The translations under genes were made by a program, and so were the position numbers. Shown here piece by piece: positions 41,902 through 51,366 of a DNA stretch of 64,000 nucleotides (its first letter is position 1; each line of letters starts with the position of its first letter). The stretch is taken from the NCBI GenBank assembly GCA_026417975.1, contig JAOACD010000007.1, positions 4,994 through 68,993 of the forward strand, in the 5' to 3' direction. Under the pieces are notes generated by a model. It was not told the origin of the DNA. It was given only the letters and a program-made list of their open reading frames with translations, and searched no databases. The DNA is from Melioribacter sp. (GTDB lineage: Bacteria; Bacteroidota; Ignavibacteria; Ignavibacteriales; Melioribacteraceae).

Positions 41902-43836
41902 TCAGAAATTGTATAAAAATTTCAAATTAAAATTTGCATTTTTTCTTTTGGTATTGCTTTCTGAATTAATAAACTCATAGAATCCATATATTTTTAATGC
42001 AAGATTATTTTCTATATTATAATTTATATCTACAACAGGGCCTATACTAGTATAATTTGATATTCTTCTTTTTCTCATTCCTTCATCAAAGTTATATGTA
42101 GATAAAGAAAAATATCTTAGACCTGTTCCTATAATAAACTTCAGATAATTAATAAACAGTTTTGGTTCACAATATTGTTCACTTAAGTAACGCAGAGGTT
42201 TGCTACTAAAACTTGACCACTGAAAATCTCCTTGCTCGGAAACTTTAGTATATCCCATAAACAAAAAGAAAATTCTTTTCGTAAGCATTATCGAAGTAGA
42301 ATCCCTAAATATAAATTGTCTAAATGAAAAGCTTTTGTAATTCGGATTTAATCTTTCATAATCAAATACAGTATAATTAGCCGATACTTCTGCAGTGTTA
42401 TATGATGTAAACTTTTTAAAGGTTATTAAACCACCGGAAGATAACTTTAAAATTCTTTGAACATTGTTATTTGAGCTCCTTTCCGAAAATATATACACTA
42501 TTTTATTTAAACTTCCATCAATATTTACAAATGCCTTAAAAAAAGAATTAAATTTTCTTTCTAAGATAATTCTTCCAATACTTAGAAGTTCATCCCGATC
42601 ATCATAATTTTCAGGGCTTGGTGTATCATACTTTAATTTTCGGTGTGAAAAATCAATGATCAATATATCTTTATCACTCAATTTAATAAAAGTACTTAAA
42701 GAAATATTTGCAACCTGAGAAACATTATTTTTAAGTGCTTCTGTTCTTTCTCTATCTTTCAAAATAATTTCATTTATTCCTTCTATTTTTCTTGGCTGGT
42801 GCTTTTCTTCTCTTTCTGTAAATGAAAATTTAAGCAATGCACTAAAATTATTAAGTTTATATTCTGCCGACGAAGAAAAGTCAAGTTTTAACTCTCTTAT
42901 TTTGGAGTCGAAAGATGAACTTGAAATATTTTTTATACTTACATACTTAGTATTTCTTTCAATGTCTCGTAAAAATATTCTTCCTAATATATTTAATGTT
43001 AAAGGAGAATTTTCGGGTGTTATTTTTAAATTATCTTGAAGTGTATAATTTTTTTCTTCTCTACTTTGTATATTATTTACAATATTAAATTCTTTTGCTG
43101 TTATATCATCGGCTACAAAATAAAAGTCTTTTCTTTGAACAAATATATTTGCAAAAATTATATTATTAATTTCCTCTTTAAATCTATTATTAAGTTCTAT
43201 ACCAATGTTTCTTAAAAGATTTCTACGTGGTGAAATGTCTTCATTTCTAAGCTTAATAATTGAATTAATATCAAAATCCCATATCAATATATTTTTCATT
43301 AATGCTTCTGCACCATATACATATCCATTATCCTTCTCTCCAATTTGACTATTTGATGAAAAACCTCCAAATGAAGTTAATTCTATATTTTGAACAGGTA
43401 AATATTTAACAAATATCGACGAATTCAAAACAGCAGTTCTATTTATTGCTACTTGTCTATTATCCGAATAAAGATTATTGACTATATAAACACCCCCAGA
43501 TAAATTTTTTAAAAAGTTATAATTGCTGAAAATTCTTAAATAATGTTGGTCCTTAATATTTTTCTGCAATGTGCTAATTACAGTTGAATTCAAATTTTCA
43601 TTTAACCCAATAAAGTAATTTGTTCCACTAAGAAAATATTTAAGCTGAGTATTAAAAGAATAAGTATTTAATTGTTTATCAATATTATTATTCCATGATT
43701 TGAACAAATAATTAGAAATGGAAAAATCTGAAGTATCTCTTTCATATTGAGCAAAATTTTTTTTCGATATACACAAGTATAGTATCACAACAACAAACAA
43801 AAGCTTTTTTACAATTGTCAAAAACATTATAAACAA
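41902..43836 (-). CDS. Putative outer-membrane beta-barrel protein
   Basis: Signal peptide, alternating beta-strand pattern, C-terminal ...LKFLYNF aromatic end. Confidence 0.6.
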   Translation of the reverse strand: MFIMFLTIVKKLLFVVVILYLCISKKNFAQYERDTSDFSISNYLFKSWNNNIDKQLNTYSFNTQLKYFLSGTNYFIGLNENLNSTVISTLQKNIKDQHYLRIFSNYNFLKNLSGGVYIVNNLYSDNRQVAINRTAVLNSSIFVKYLPVQNIELTSFGGFSSNSQIGEKDNGYVYGAEALMKNILIWDFDINSIIKLRNEDISPRRNLLRNIGIELNNRFKEEINNIIFANIFVQRKDFYFVADDITAKEFNIVNNIQSREEKNYTLQDNLKITPENSPLTLNILGRIFLRDIERNTKYVSIKNISSSSFDSKIRELKLDFSSSAEYKLNNFSALLKFSFTEREEKHQPRKIEGINEIILKDRERTEALKNNVSQVANISLSTFIKLSDKDILIIDFSHRKLKYDTPSPENYDDRDELLSIGRIILERKFNSFFKAFVNIDGSLNKIVYIFSERSSNNNVQRILKLSSGGLITFKKFTSYNTAEVSANYTVFDYERLNPNYKSFSFRQFIFRDSTSIMLTKRIFFLFMGYTKVSEQGDFQWSSFSSKPLRYLSEQYCEPKLFINYLKFIIGTGLRYFSLSTYNFDEGMRKRRISNYTSIGPVVDINYNIENNLALKIYGFYEFINSESNTKRKNANFNLKFLYNF

Positions 43837-43839
43837 ATT

Positions 43840-44817
43840 TTATTTTGGACTATAAGTAAACGAAAATAAATCACTACAACTGTTCGGCTCATCCTCTCTG
43901 GTATAGGTAAATATTCTCCAGTAATAAGTTTTATATGGTTCAAGATAAACATTTTTGAGTGATATGGTTACTAGTGTATCTGTTTTATTTAACTTAAAAT
44001 TATATTCATTAACAATTCCATAAAGTGGGCTACTTTGAATAATAAGTTTATAACTCGACGGTTTTGATACAGCAATAAATTTAAATTCATTGATTGAACT
44101 AATTGTTAAATTATTTTCTGGATAAACTAATATGGGTTTATTCAAAATCATATCACCAACAGATTCAGTAGGATTGCTTTTTAATTTCCCTTTATCTACA
44201 GAAACGATTGAATATGAATATTTTTTAAGTAATATTAAATTTTTCTTATCGATATAATAATTATTCCTTGAAGTATCAATCAGATTTTCTGGAAGAATCT
44301 TAACTACATCACCTGTATCTCGATAGATTTCATAATAATCTACGTCATTATCTATAGTAGGGCTCCAATTAATTAAAATATATTTTTCATTATCAAAATT
44401 TCTTGCATAGACTCTTACAATTTGAGGACGAACTGGTGGATATAGATTTTTTGGTTTGGCTTGAACAATATTACTAAATCTACTTTCACGGCCAAATTTA
44501 TCTACTGCAGTTATTTTATAATAATAAACTGAATCATAATCTAAATATTGGTCTATATAATACGTTTTTGTAGTTGTAACTAAAAATAGAAAATGAAGTG
44601 TATCGTTTTTACTTCTATAAATTGAATAGCCAAAAATATCAGCTTCGTTATTTGGCCTCCATGATAATCCAATCTGTCCATCAAAAGCTGCATATACTAT
44701 TAAATCATTTGGTGTAGCAGGTGGTAATCCATCATCTACTGATTCATTAAAATTTTCCCTTTGACATCCCAAAATTATCAAAAACAATATCAAAACTATT
44801 TTTCTATAAAATAACAC
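43840..44817 (-). CDS. Lipoprotein with fibronectin type III repeats
   Basis: ILGC lipobox; LSW...GYSIYRS...YYYKITAVD and INW...YEIYR...YSIVSVD FN3 repeats. Confidence 0.8.
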   Translation of the reverse strand: MLFYRKIVLILFLIILGCQRENFNESVDDGLPPATPNDLIVYAAFDGQIGLSWRPNNEADIFGYSIYRSKNDTLHFLFLVTTTKTYYIDQYLDYDSVYYYKITAVDKFGRESRFSNIVQAKPKNLYPPVRPQIVRVYARNFDNEKYILINWSPTIDNDVDYYEIYRDTGDVVKILPENLIDTSRNNYYIDKKNLILLKKYSYSIVSVDKGKLKSNPTESVGDMILNKPILVYPENNLTISSINEFKFIAVSKPSSYKLIIQSSPLYGIVNEYNFKLNKTDTLVTISLKNVYLEPYKTYYWRIFTYTREDEPNSCSDLFSFTYSPK

Positions 44818-46201
44818 TTTCTCCTCTTTGTGGGATTAACACAGAACTAAAACCAATAGTGTTAAGTTTTTCCTTAAAGATTTTCTGTTGTTCAATTTCT
44901 CCGTGAACAAGAAATATGCTTTGCATTCTACTCCGGTCTAACATAGAACAATATTCTAACAATTCATTGGAATCAGCATGAGCACTGTAGGAGTCCATCA
45001 CAATTACCTCTGCATTGAGCTTATATTCATCCCCAAAAATTTTTATAGTATCTTCGCGTTCAACTAATTTTCTACCTAAAGTATGCTCTGCCATAAAACC
45101 AACTATTAAAATAATGTTATTAGGATTTTCTACATTATTTGCAAGATGATGTAATATTCTTCCAGATTCACACATGCCCGAACTAGAAATAATAATACAA
45201 GGTCCCGACAAAAAATTTAACTTTTTAGATTCTTCAACATCAGTTATATATTTTAGTTTATTAAAACCAAATGGATCCTCTCTTTTTAAAATAAAATCAC
45301 TTGTTTCTAAATCAAAACATTCTGGATGTACTTTATACACATTAGTAGCATTAACAGATAAAGGGCTATCAACATAAACTGGAATTTCTGGCACTTTTCC
45401 ATTTTCAAAAATCTTATGCATTGAATAAACAAGTTCCTGTGTTCGACCAACACTAAAAGCAGGGATGAGAATTTTACTTCTTTGTTCATAAGCTTTTAAA
45501 ATCACAGAGATTAGTTCATTTTCTGCTTCAGTAATATCTTTGTGTAATTTTCCTCCATAAGTGCTTTCGCATATAAAAAAATCTACATCAGGAATTTTTT
45601 CTGGGTCTTTTAATATTGGCATATTTTTTCTTCCTATATCTCCAGAAAATCCTAAATTAATAATTGTTCCATTTTCATTGATGCTTAGAAAAATAATGGA
45701 AGATCCAAGAATATGTCCAGCATCAAAAAAGGTTAAATTTATTCCTGAGCTAATTTCAAATTCATGATGATAGTTCAATCCTACGAATAGTTTTAAAGTC
45801 TGAAATACATCATCAAGTGTATAAAGAGGTTCAAAAAGATTTTGACCTCTTTTCTTTCTTTTTTTATTAACAAACTCTACATCCTTAATTTGAATATGAG
45901 CACTATCCTGTAACATAATGGCGGCTAAATCTCGAGTTGCAAAAGTTGTGAATATTTTGCCATTAAATCCTTTCTTTACTAACGTAGGTAAATTTCCAGA
46001 GTGGTCAATGTGCGCATGAGATAAAATTACAAAATCGATTTCCTTAGGATCAAAAAAATCAAATGTTCTATTAAGTTCGAAAGCTTCTTTTCTTTTTCCT
46101 TGAAATAGACCACAGTCAAGTAAAAATTTTTTACCACAAGCTTTAATTAAATGCATTGAGCCTGTAACAGTTTGAGTAGCCCCAATAAATTGTATTTCCA
46201 T
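44804..46201 (-). CDS. Beta-CASP metallo-beta-lactamase ribonuclease (YSH1-like)
   Basis: VTGS, DCGLFQG, SHAHIDHSG, AGHILGS, ESTYG, SAHAD, VHGE. Confidence 0.9.
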   Translation of the reverse strand: MEIQFIGATQTVTGSMHLIKACGKKFLLDCGLFQGKRKEAFELNRTFDFFDPKEIDFVILSHAHIDHSGNLPTLVKKGFNGKIFTTFATRDLAAIMLQDSAHIQIKDVEFVNKKRKKRGQNLFEPLYTLDDVFQTLKLFVGLNYHHEFEISSGINLTFFDAGHILGSSIIFLSINENGTIINLGFSGDIGRKNMPILKDPEKIPDVDFFICESTYGGKLHKDITEAENELISVILKAYEQRSKILIPAFSVGRTQELVYSMHKIFENGKVPEIPVYVDSPLSVNATNVYKVHPECFDLETSDFILKREDPFGFNKLKYITDVEESKKLNFLSGPCIIISSSGMCESGRILHHLANNVENPNNIILIVGFMAEHTLGRKLVEREDTIKIFGDEYKLNAEVIVMDSYSAHADSNELLEYCSMLDRSRMQSIFLVHGEIEQQKIFKEKLNTIGFSSVLIPQRGESVIL

Positions 46202-46230
46202 ATTTTCACCATTAATTATAAAGGAAGGTT

Positions 46231-47277
46231 TTACATGTGAATAATTTTATAATTTTTATATGCATAATAAATCTCTTTAGCTGCTGTTTTAATAACAGTA
46301 GCCGCAGGAACAGCTAATAACATACCTAAAACTCCAAAAAGCTTACCACCAATAAGGATCAATAAAATTATTATTAAAGGGTGCATATCTGTACTTTTGG
46401 AAAATACTTTTGGTTGTACGTAGCCATTATCAAAAGTATAAATTATAGCAAATAAAATTATAATTTCAGGAAGCATTGAGAAATTTCCAAGTTGTATAAC
46501 TGAAATGATAATAGCAGGAAGTCCGCCTATTATTGGACCAAAGTATGGAATTAGATGTCCTACTCCTGCAACAAATCCAATTGAAGCTGCATTATTAATT
46601 CCTAATAAATATAAACCTATACCTATCAAAATACCAACAATAGAAGCATCAAGAATCCAACCTCTTACAAACCTAGCAAGTTGAATTGAAATTTGTTTTA
46701 GTACCCAATATGAAACTTCAAAATATTTATTAGGCATAAGATTAATTATTCCTCTAATAATTCTTTTATTATCTTTTAATAAAAAGAAAGTCACAAATGG
46801 AATGATAATAAGAATAGTCACTAGTGAAAAAATACTATAAATGATACTACTAATATTACTAAACCAACCAAAAAGCAAATTCTGTAATTCTTTATAAATC
46901 TGATTAAAAATATTTTGAGTATCTATGTTAGGAAAAAGATTTTTTAACATAACCTCTATACCTGAAAAAACCGACAATATATTTTTAGGTGTAATTATCT
47001 GAGCTATTGAGTTCATTTGATTATAAATTTTTGGTAATATATAGGCCATTGAAATAACAACCAAAAACCCAACCAAACTAAATACAAACAAAACAGAAAC
47101 AGTTCTATTAAAACCTTTTTTTTCTATGTAATCGACGGCAGGATTAAAAATCATAGAAATAAGAAGTGAAACTATTAGAATTACGATTATATCTGTAAAG
47201 ATATATATCAAGCAAATTAGAAATGTTATCAATATTAGAGGTATTAAAAACTTCTTATAAAGAAAATTCGGATGCAT
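46231..47277 (-). CDS. AI-2E family transporter
   Basis: Multi-TM, FFLLKD, IPYFGP, QPKV, HPL...G...GMLLAVP. Confidence 0.9.
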   Translation of the reverse strand: MHPNFLYKKFLIPLILITFLICLIYIFTDIIVILIVSLLISMIFNPAVDYIEKKGFNRTVSVLFVFSLVGFLVVISMAYILPKIYNQMNSIAQIITPKNILSVFSGIEVMLKNLFPNIDTQNIFNQIYKELQNLLFGWFSNISSIIYSIFSLVTILIIIPFVTFFLLKDNKRIIRGIINLMPNKYFEVSYWVLKQISIQLARFVRGWILDASIVGILIGIGLYLLGINNAASIGFVAGVGHLIPYFGPIIGGLPAIIISVIQLGNFSMLPEIIILFAIIYTFDNGYVQPKVFSKSTDMHPLIIILLILIGGKLFGVLGMLLAVPAATVIKTAAKEIYYAYKNYKIIHM

Positions 47278-47305
47278 AATATGCGTTAAAGTAACTTCGA
47301 TTATA

Positions 47306-47313
47306 CAAATATA
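47306..47313 (-). promoter_or_regulatory. TAnnTTTG promoter element
   Basis: TATATTTG on minus, 29 nt upstream of ATG 47277. Confidence 0.45.
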
Positions 47314-47431
47314 AAAGTAAAGTTATAGCCCATCAAGAAAATAAGTTGCTAATAGGATACAATTATTAAAATTAATCATCCATATTTCCTTATATTTACA
47401 TACTAAAAAATTTTAAAATAAGGTGATTTTT

Positions 47432-48415
47432 ATGGAAGAATATGAACTACTCAAGCAAATTCGTACAAGAGCCTCACAAAGAAAAAAAACCATAATTTTG
47501 CCAGAATCGCATGATGAAAGAGTACTGCAAGCAGCAGAAATTTTAACAAAAGAAAACATAGCTTCAGTAATTACACTTGGGAATGAAGAAAGTATAAAAA
47601 ATGAGGCAAAAAAACTTAATATTGGTTTAGATGGGGTTAAGATTATTAATCCAGAACAATCTGACAAGCTAAATGATTTTACAAATACCTTTTACAACCT
47701 TAGAAAGCACAAAGGTATCACTATTGAGCAAGCTAGAGAAACTGTAAAAAGGGATATCTTTTTTGCTGGTATGATGTTAAGAGAAGGGATGGCAGACGGA
47801 AGTGTTTCAGGTTCAGTAGCAACTACAGCTGATGTTACACGTGCTGCTATTTACTGCGTTGGTTTAAAAGAAGGTATTTCTATTTTATCAAGCTTTTTTT
47901 TAATGGTTTTCCCAGACAAAGTTTACACCTTTGCTGATTGTGCTGTAAATCCAAATCCAGATGCCAATCAATTAGCTGATATAGCTATATCAACTGCGGA
48001 GAATCATAAAAAATTAACTGGCGAAGAGCCTTACATTGCAATGCTCTCATTTTCAACAAAGGGCAGTGCAGAACATGAAATGGTAGATAAAGTTCGTAAG
48101 GCTACCGAAATTGTAAAACAAAAAAGGCCAGATTTAAATGTTGATGGAGAACTTCAATTTGATGCTGCAATTGTAGAATCAGTTGGTAAAAGAAAAGCTC
48201 CAGGGAGTAATGTTGCAGGCAGAGCAAATGTACTAATCTTTCCAGATTTAAATTCAGGAAATATTGGTTACAAAATTGCACAGAGACTTGGTAAAGCAGA
48301 AGCTATTGGTCCAATAAATCAAGGGCTAAAACATCCATTCTTTGATTTATCGCGTGGTTGCAGTGTTGATGATATTGTTAATACTGCTTCAATTGCTTGT
48401 TTAATGGCAGAATAA
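47432..48415 (+). CDS. pta: Phosphate acetyltransferase (short form)
   Basis: LPESHDER, FADCAVN, MLSFSTKGS, DGELQFDAA, GNIGYK, DLSRG; start set at ATG 47432 (AAGGTG SD). Confidence 0.94.
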   Translation: MEEYELLKQIRTRASQRKKTIILPESHDERVLQAAEILTKENIASVITLGNEESIKNEAKKLNIGLDGVKIINPEQSDKLNDFTNTFYNLRKHKGITIEQARETVKRDIFFAGMMLREGMADGSVSGSVATTADVTRAAIYCVGLKEGISILSSFFLMVFPDKVYTFADCAVNPNPDANQLADIAISTAENHKKLTGEEPYIAMLSFSTKGSAEHEMVDKVRKATEIVKQKRPDLNVDGELQFDAAIVESVGKRKAPGSNVAGRANVLIFPDLNSGNIGYKIAQRLGKAEAIGPINQGLKHPFFDLSRGCSVDDIVNTASIACLMAE

Positions 48416-48421
48416 TTTTTA

Positions 48422-48453
48422 TACTACCCTCACATTTTTTTGTGGGGGTAGTA
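48422..48453. terminator. Hairpin between convergent pta and the B12 protein gene
   Basis: TACTACCCTCACA-T6-TGTGGGGGTAGTA. Confidence 0.7.
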
Positions 48454-48472
48454 AATCTCAATAACTTACTAC

Positions 48473-50131
48473 TCAATTTAAAAACTCTTTAAGTCTATCT
48501 CTTTCTCTTAAAATATTTCCTTGTTCATCAATTGCGTACCATGCACCGTTAATAAGATTTGTTTTTATATTTCCACACAAAAGAGGATTACCCCAAAAAT
48601 GCGGAGTATCAAGAATTCCTACTTTAATTGCAGAAGCAAGTACATTTGCATCAGACCACGGGTCATCAGATTTATCTTTACCAAATATTTTTATTGCCAT
48701 CAATAAATCTTTAGCTTCTCTTTTAAGTTCATCTTTTCTTTTAACTATTACTTCATCTTTTTCTACATCCGGATAACCAAACAAGCAATTTTGAATAACA
48801 CCATGTACTATATTACAACTTTCAATAAGTTCTTCAGGGTATACTGCGTGGTCCCCTTCGCAATAAGCTACAACATGTAGAATATGTGGTTTTAAGGCCA
48901 GGCTAATAAAAGTGGACGAAGCAAGTTGTCCTTTTGCAATTTCAGGATTAGGAGAAAAGTGAGCAATGCCAGCACGTACTTCCCTATAAACATTAAAATT
49001 CTCATCCTTTAATTCTTCTATTAATTCATTTTTAGCTACCATTTTAGCTATATCCATTTGAGGTGAAGTTCCTGGCGGGGTATTGAACATAAATTGAGAA
49101 ACATAATTTTTAACTCCCATCTTTTTTGCATTATATGCTGCTAAAAAAGCCATTGCAACTGCCAATGAATCGTGAGCATCTCGAAGGCTCCATTGATGCG
49201 ATTCATTTACTTCAACTGGTACATTATGTTCGGCATACCATTTCATAGCAAGTTGATTTTCTTTTATTGATATTTCAAGAGGTCTCTTTGATCTTCCATC
49301 CAAAACGCTATACCAAGTTAGAGGAATAGCAGCCCATGCATTATTTATAGTTTCCAAACTCATCTCTGCCCATTTAATTAAATCATTTGTTCCGCTGTAA
49401 CATCGCATTAACGGATAATTACCACATCTTGATGCTTCATACAACGCTATTAAATCCTCTTTCCTTCTAACAGGAACTCCTCCTGCACCATCTAATTCTG
49501 GCTTCATTAATTCTGGGGTAAAGAAAAACTCTTGTGCATTTTGGTCTGTACCAAGAGAGATTACATCTAAAACTTGAGCTTCTGAAATCTTTCTTATTCC
49601 TTCAATTGTCTCTTTTAATGATGGTCTCCCAAAATGATGCCTTAATATTGGATAAGGATATTTTTGTTCAATTCTTTCAATAAGTGTTTGAGGGAAAATT
49701 TTGTCAATGCTTTTTTCTACCCTACCTTTCAAATAAGCCTTAATTTCATTGATATTTTCTGTTCCATCAAATACTCTCTCAAAAAAATTTTTTTCTCTTG
49801 CTACTTTAGCAACAGATGGCGTGCCACCAAAAATGAATTTAGTATCACCAATGGATTTATTGTTGGCGGTAGCCTTTAGTAAATCAAAAAGATTGCTTGC
49901 AACTTCAGGGGTAAGGCGATAACTTACTGCAACTAAATCTGGTTTTAACTTCTCTATTTCACTAAAAAGTCTTTCAATAGAGACTGCTGGACCAAGCGAA
50001 TATGTTTCGTAGCCTTCCAATTCGGCCAATTTCAAAAAATGATTTAAGCCTCCAATATGAACACAATTACCAAGTGCACATCCAAGAATTATTTTTGCTT
50101 TTTTCATTTCAACTCTGTTTTTATTTTTCAC
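48473..50131 (-). CDS. Cobalamin-binding domain fused to a glutamate mutase E-like TIM barrel (uncharacterised single-chain B12 enzyme)
   Basis: N-terminal B12 domain GNCVHIGG...LGP...VAVSY...FGG; the C-terminal region aligns by eye with GlmE; start is GTG 50131 or ATG 50107. Confidence 0.78.
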   Translation of the reverse strand: MKNKNRVEMKKAKIILGCALGNCVHIGGLNHFLKLAELEGYETYSLGPAVSIERLFSEIEKLKPDLVAVSYRLTPEVASNLFDLLKATANNKSIGDTKFIFGGTPSVAKVAREKNFFERVFDGTENINEIKAYLKGRVEKSIDKIFPQTLIERIEQKYPYPILRHHFGRPSLKETIEGIRKISEAQVLDVISLGTDQNAQEFFFTPELMKPELDGAGGVPVRRKEDLIALYEASRCGNYPLMRCYSGTNDLIKWAEMSLETINNAWAAIPLTWYSVLDGRSKRPLEISIKENQLAMKWYAEHNVPVEVNESHQWSLRDAHDSLAVAMAFLAAYNAKKMGVKNYVSQFMFNTPPGTSPQMDIAKMVAKNELIEELKDENFNVYREVRAGIAHFSPNPEIAKGQLASSTFISLALKPHILHVVAYCEGDHAVYPEELIESCNIVHGVIQNCLFGYPDVEKDEVIVKRKDELKREAKDLLMAIKIFGKDKSDDPWSDANVLASAIKVGILDTPHFWGNPLLCGNIKTNLINGAWYAIDEQGNILRERDRLKEFLN

Positions 50132-51224
50132 CTATTGCAAGTAAACGAAGTTCTTTTAATGACATATTATGAATGTTTAACCTCTCGACAGTTCTCCCTT
50201 CTTTCCAATAATCAGTTTGAGTTAATATAGATGCAAGATGAATTATAGCATCGATAGTAGGTGTCTCAACACCAAATTTTTTCCCAACTGAGGAAATTGG
50301 GATAAGGCTTGTAGGAACATCTTCTGTAATATATCTCATATTTAATCTATTGGGAGCTTTTATTCCTCTATATCCTTGATTAGCTTTCATTGCTTCATTA
50401 AGATTGTTTCCTACTGCATTATACGCAAGGTAAAGCCATTCCCTTGCAGTTAATGCTCTTATTCCAAGAGCTTCAGCAACCTTAACTCTTTCTTCATCTA
50501 TCTTTTCCAAAACTTTTGTAACCGAAGGACTTGCACCTTGATAGTAAAACTGAAATTCTGCATCATCTTCTATCCACCCTGCATTTAAAACACATAACGC
50601 AGGATGAAATACAGCTCCAATATTATCAAAACTTGTTTTGAAAATATTATCACCTGGTACAAATTGAGGATATGCAATCCTAACTTTTTTTAATACTTCA
50701 GGAATTAAATATGCTCTTATAGAAGCCAAAGGAATTGAATTTTTAATGCGAAAAATATGTACTTGCCCAGGATTAACTGCCCTTGATGCATAAATAAAAG
50801 TTTGTGCTTCTGCAATTATAACATCTGCACTAACATTTAAGCTGTTCAATACTTGTCTAAATTCTAATGCACCAAAAGTTCTTCCTGGATTCAAAATAAT
50901 AATTTGTCCATCTTTTAAATGTGGAGCAGTTATTGTTGCTATATCACGATGTGCAGTAGCTGGTACAACAACCATTATTATATCTACGTCATCAATAGCT
51001 TCTGCTATATTAGTAGTTGCAATATTAATAACACCAAATCCTTCAAGACCAAAATCGCTTTCTACTCTTATTCCACCGGTAGATTGCACCCCCCAAAGTC
51101 TCTCTTTAGTTCTGTTAAATAAATTAACTTGAAATCCCATTAAAGCTAAATGCCCTGCCATAGCCAAACCACCATGCCCTGCCCCAATTACAGCGAATTT
51201 TGGCTTATAGTTAATTGTTTCCAT
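50121..51224 (-). CDS. NAD(P)-dependent opine (octopine/nopaline-family) dehydrogenase
   Basis: IGAGHGG Rossmann motif, VVPATAH, LNPGRTFG, NIGAVFHP, FYYQG, RYITEDVP C-terminal opine dehydrogenase motif. Confidence 0.88.
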   Translation of the reverse strand: METINYKPKFAVIGAGHGGLAMAGHLALMGFQVNLFNRTKERLWGVQSTGGIRVESDFGLEGFGVINIATTNIAEAIDDVDIIMVVVPATAHRDIATITAPHLKDGQIIILNPGRTFGALEFRQVLNSLNVSADVIIAEAQTFIYASRAVNPGQVHIFRIKNSIPLASIRAYLIPEVLKKVRIAYPQFVPGDNIFKTSFDNIGAVFHPALCVLNAGWIEDDAEFQFYYQGASPSVTKVLEKIDEERVKVAEALGIRALTAREWLYLAYNAVGNNLNEAMKANQGYRGIKAPNRLNMRYITEDVPTSLIPISSVGKKFGVETPTIDAIIHLASILTQTDYWKEGRTVERLNIHNMSLKELRLLAIGEK

Positions 51225-51299
51225 AATTTAATTCTCCGTCCACTTGTTATCTAAAGCAGGATATTAGACAAAAAAGGAATGTAAACAAAAAGTAATATG

Positions 51300-51307
51300 C
51301 AAATTTA
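51300..51307 (-). promoter_or_regulatory. TAnnTTTG promoter element for the opine dehydrogenase/B12 operon
   Basis: TAAATTTG on minus, 76 nt upstream of ATG 51224. Confidence 0.4.
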
Positions 51308-51366
51308 TTTATATTTATCAGACACTCTTAGGAAGCCATAATACAGTGCAAGGGCAAAGTGATTGA

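Noticed and set aside
51225-51366. Possible cobalamin or other riboswitch upstream of the opine dehydrogenase/B12 operon
   Set aside because: No B12-box or conserved GGGAA...GCCCCCGC/GCCACTG elements; the region is short and AT-rich with no convincing structure
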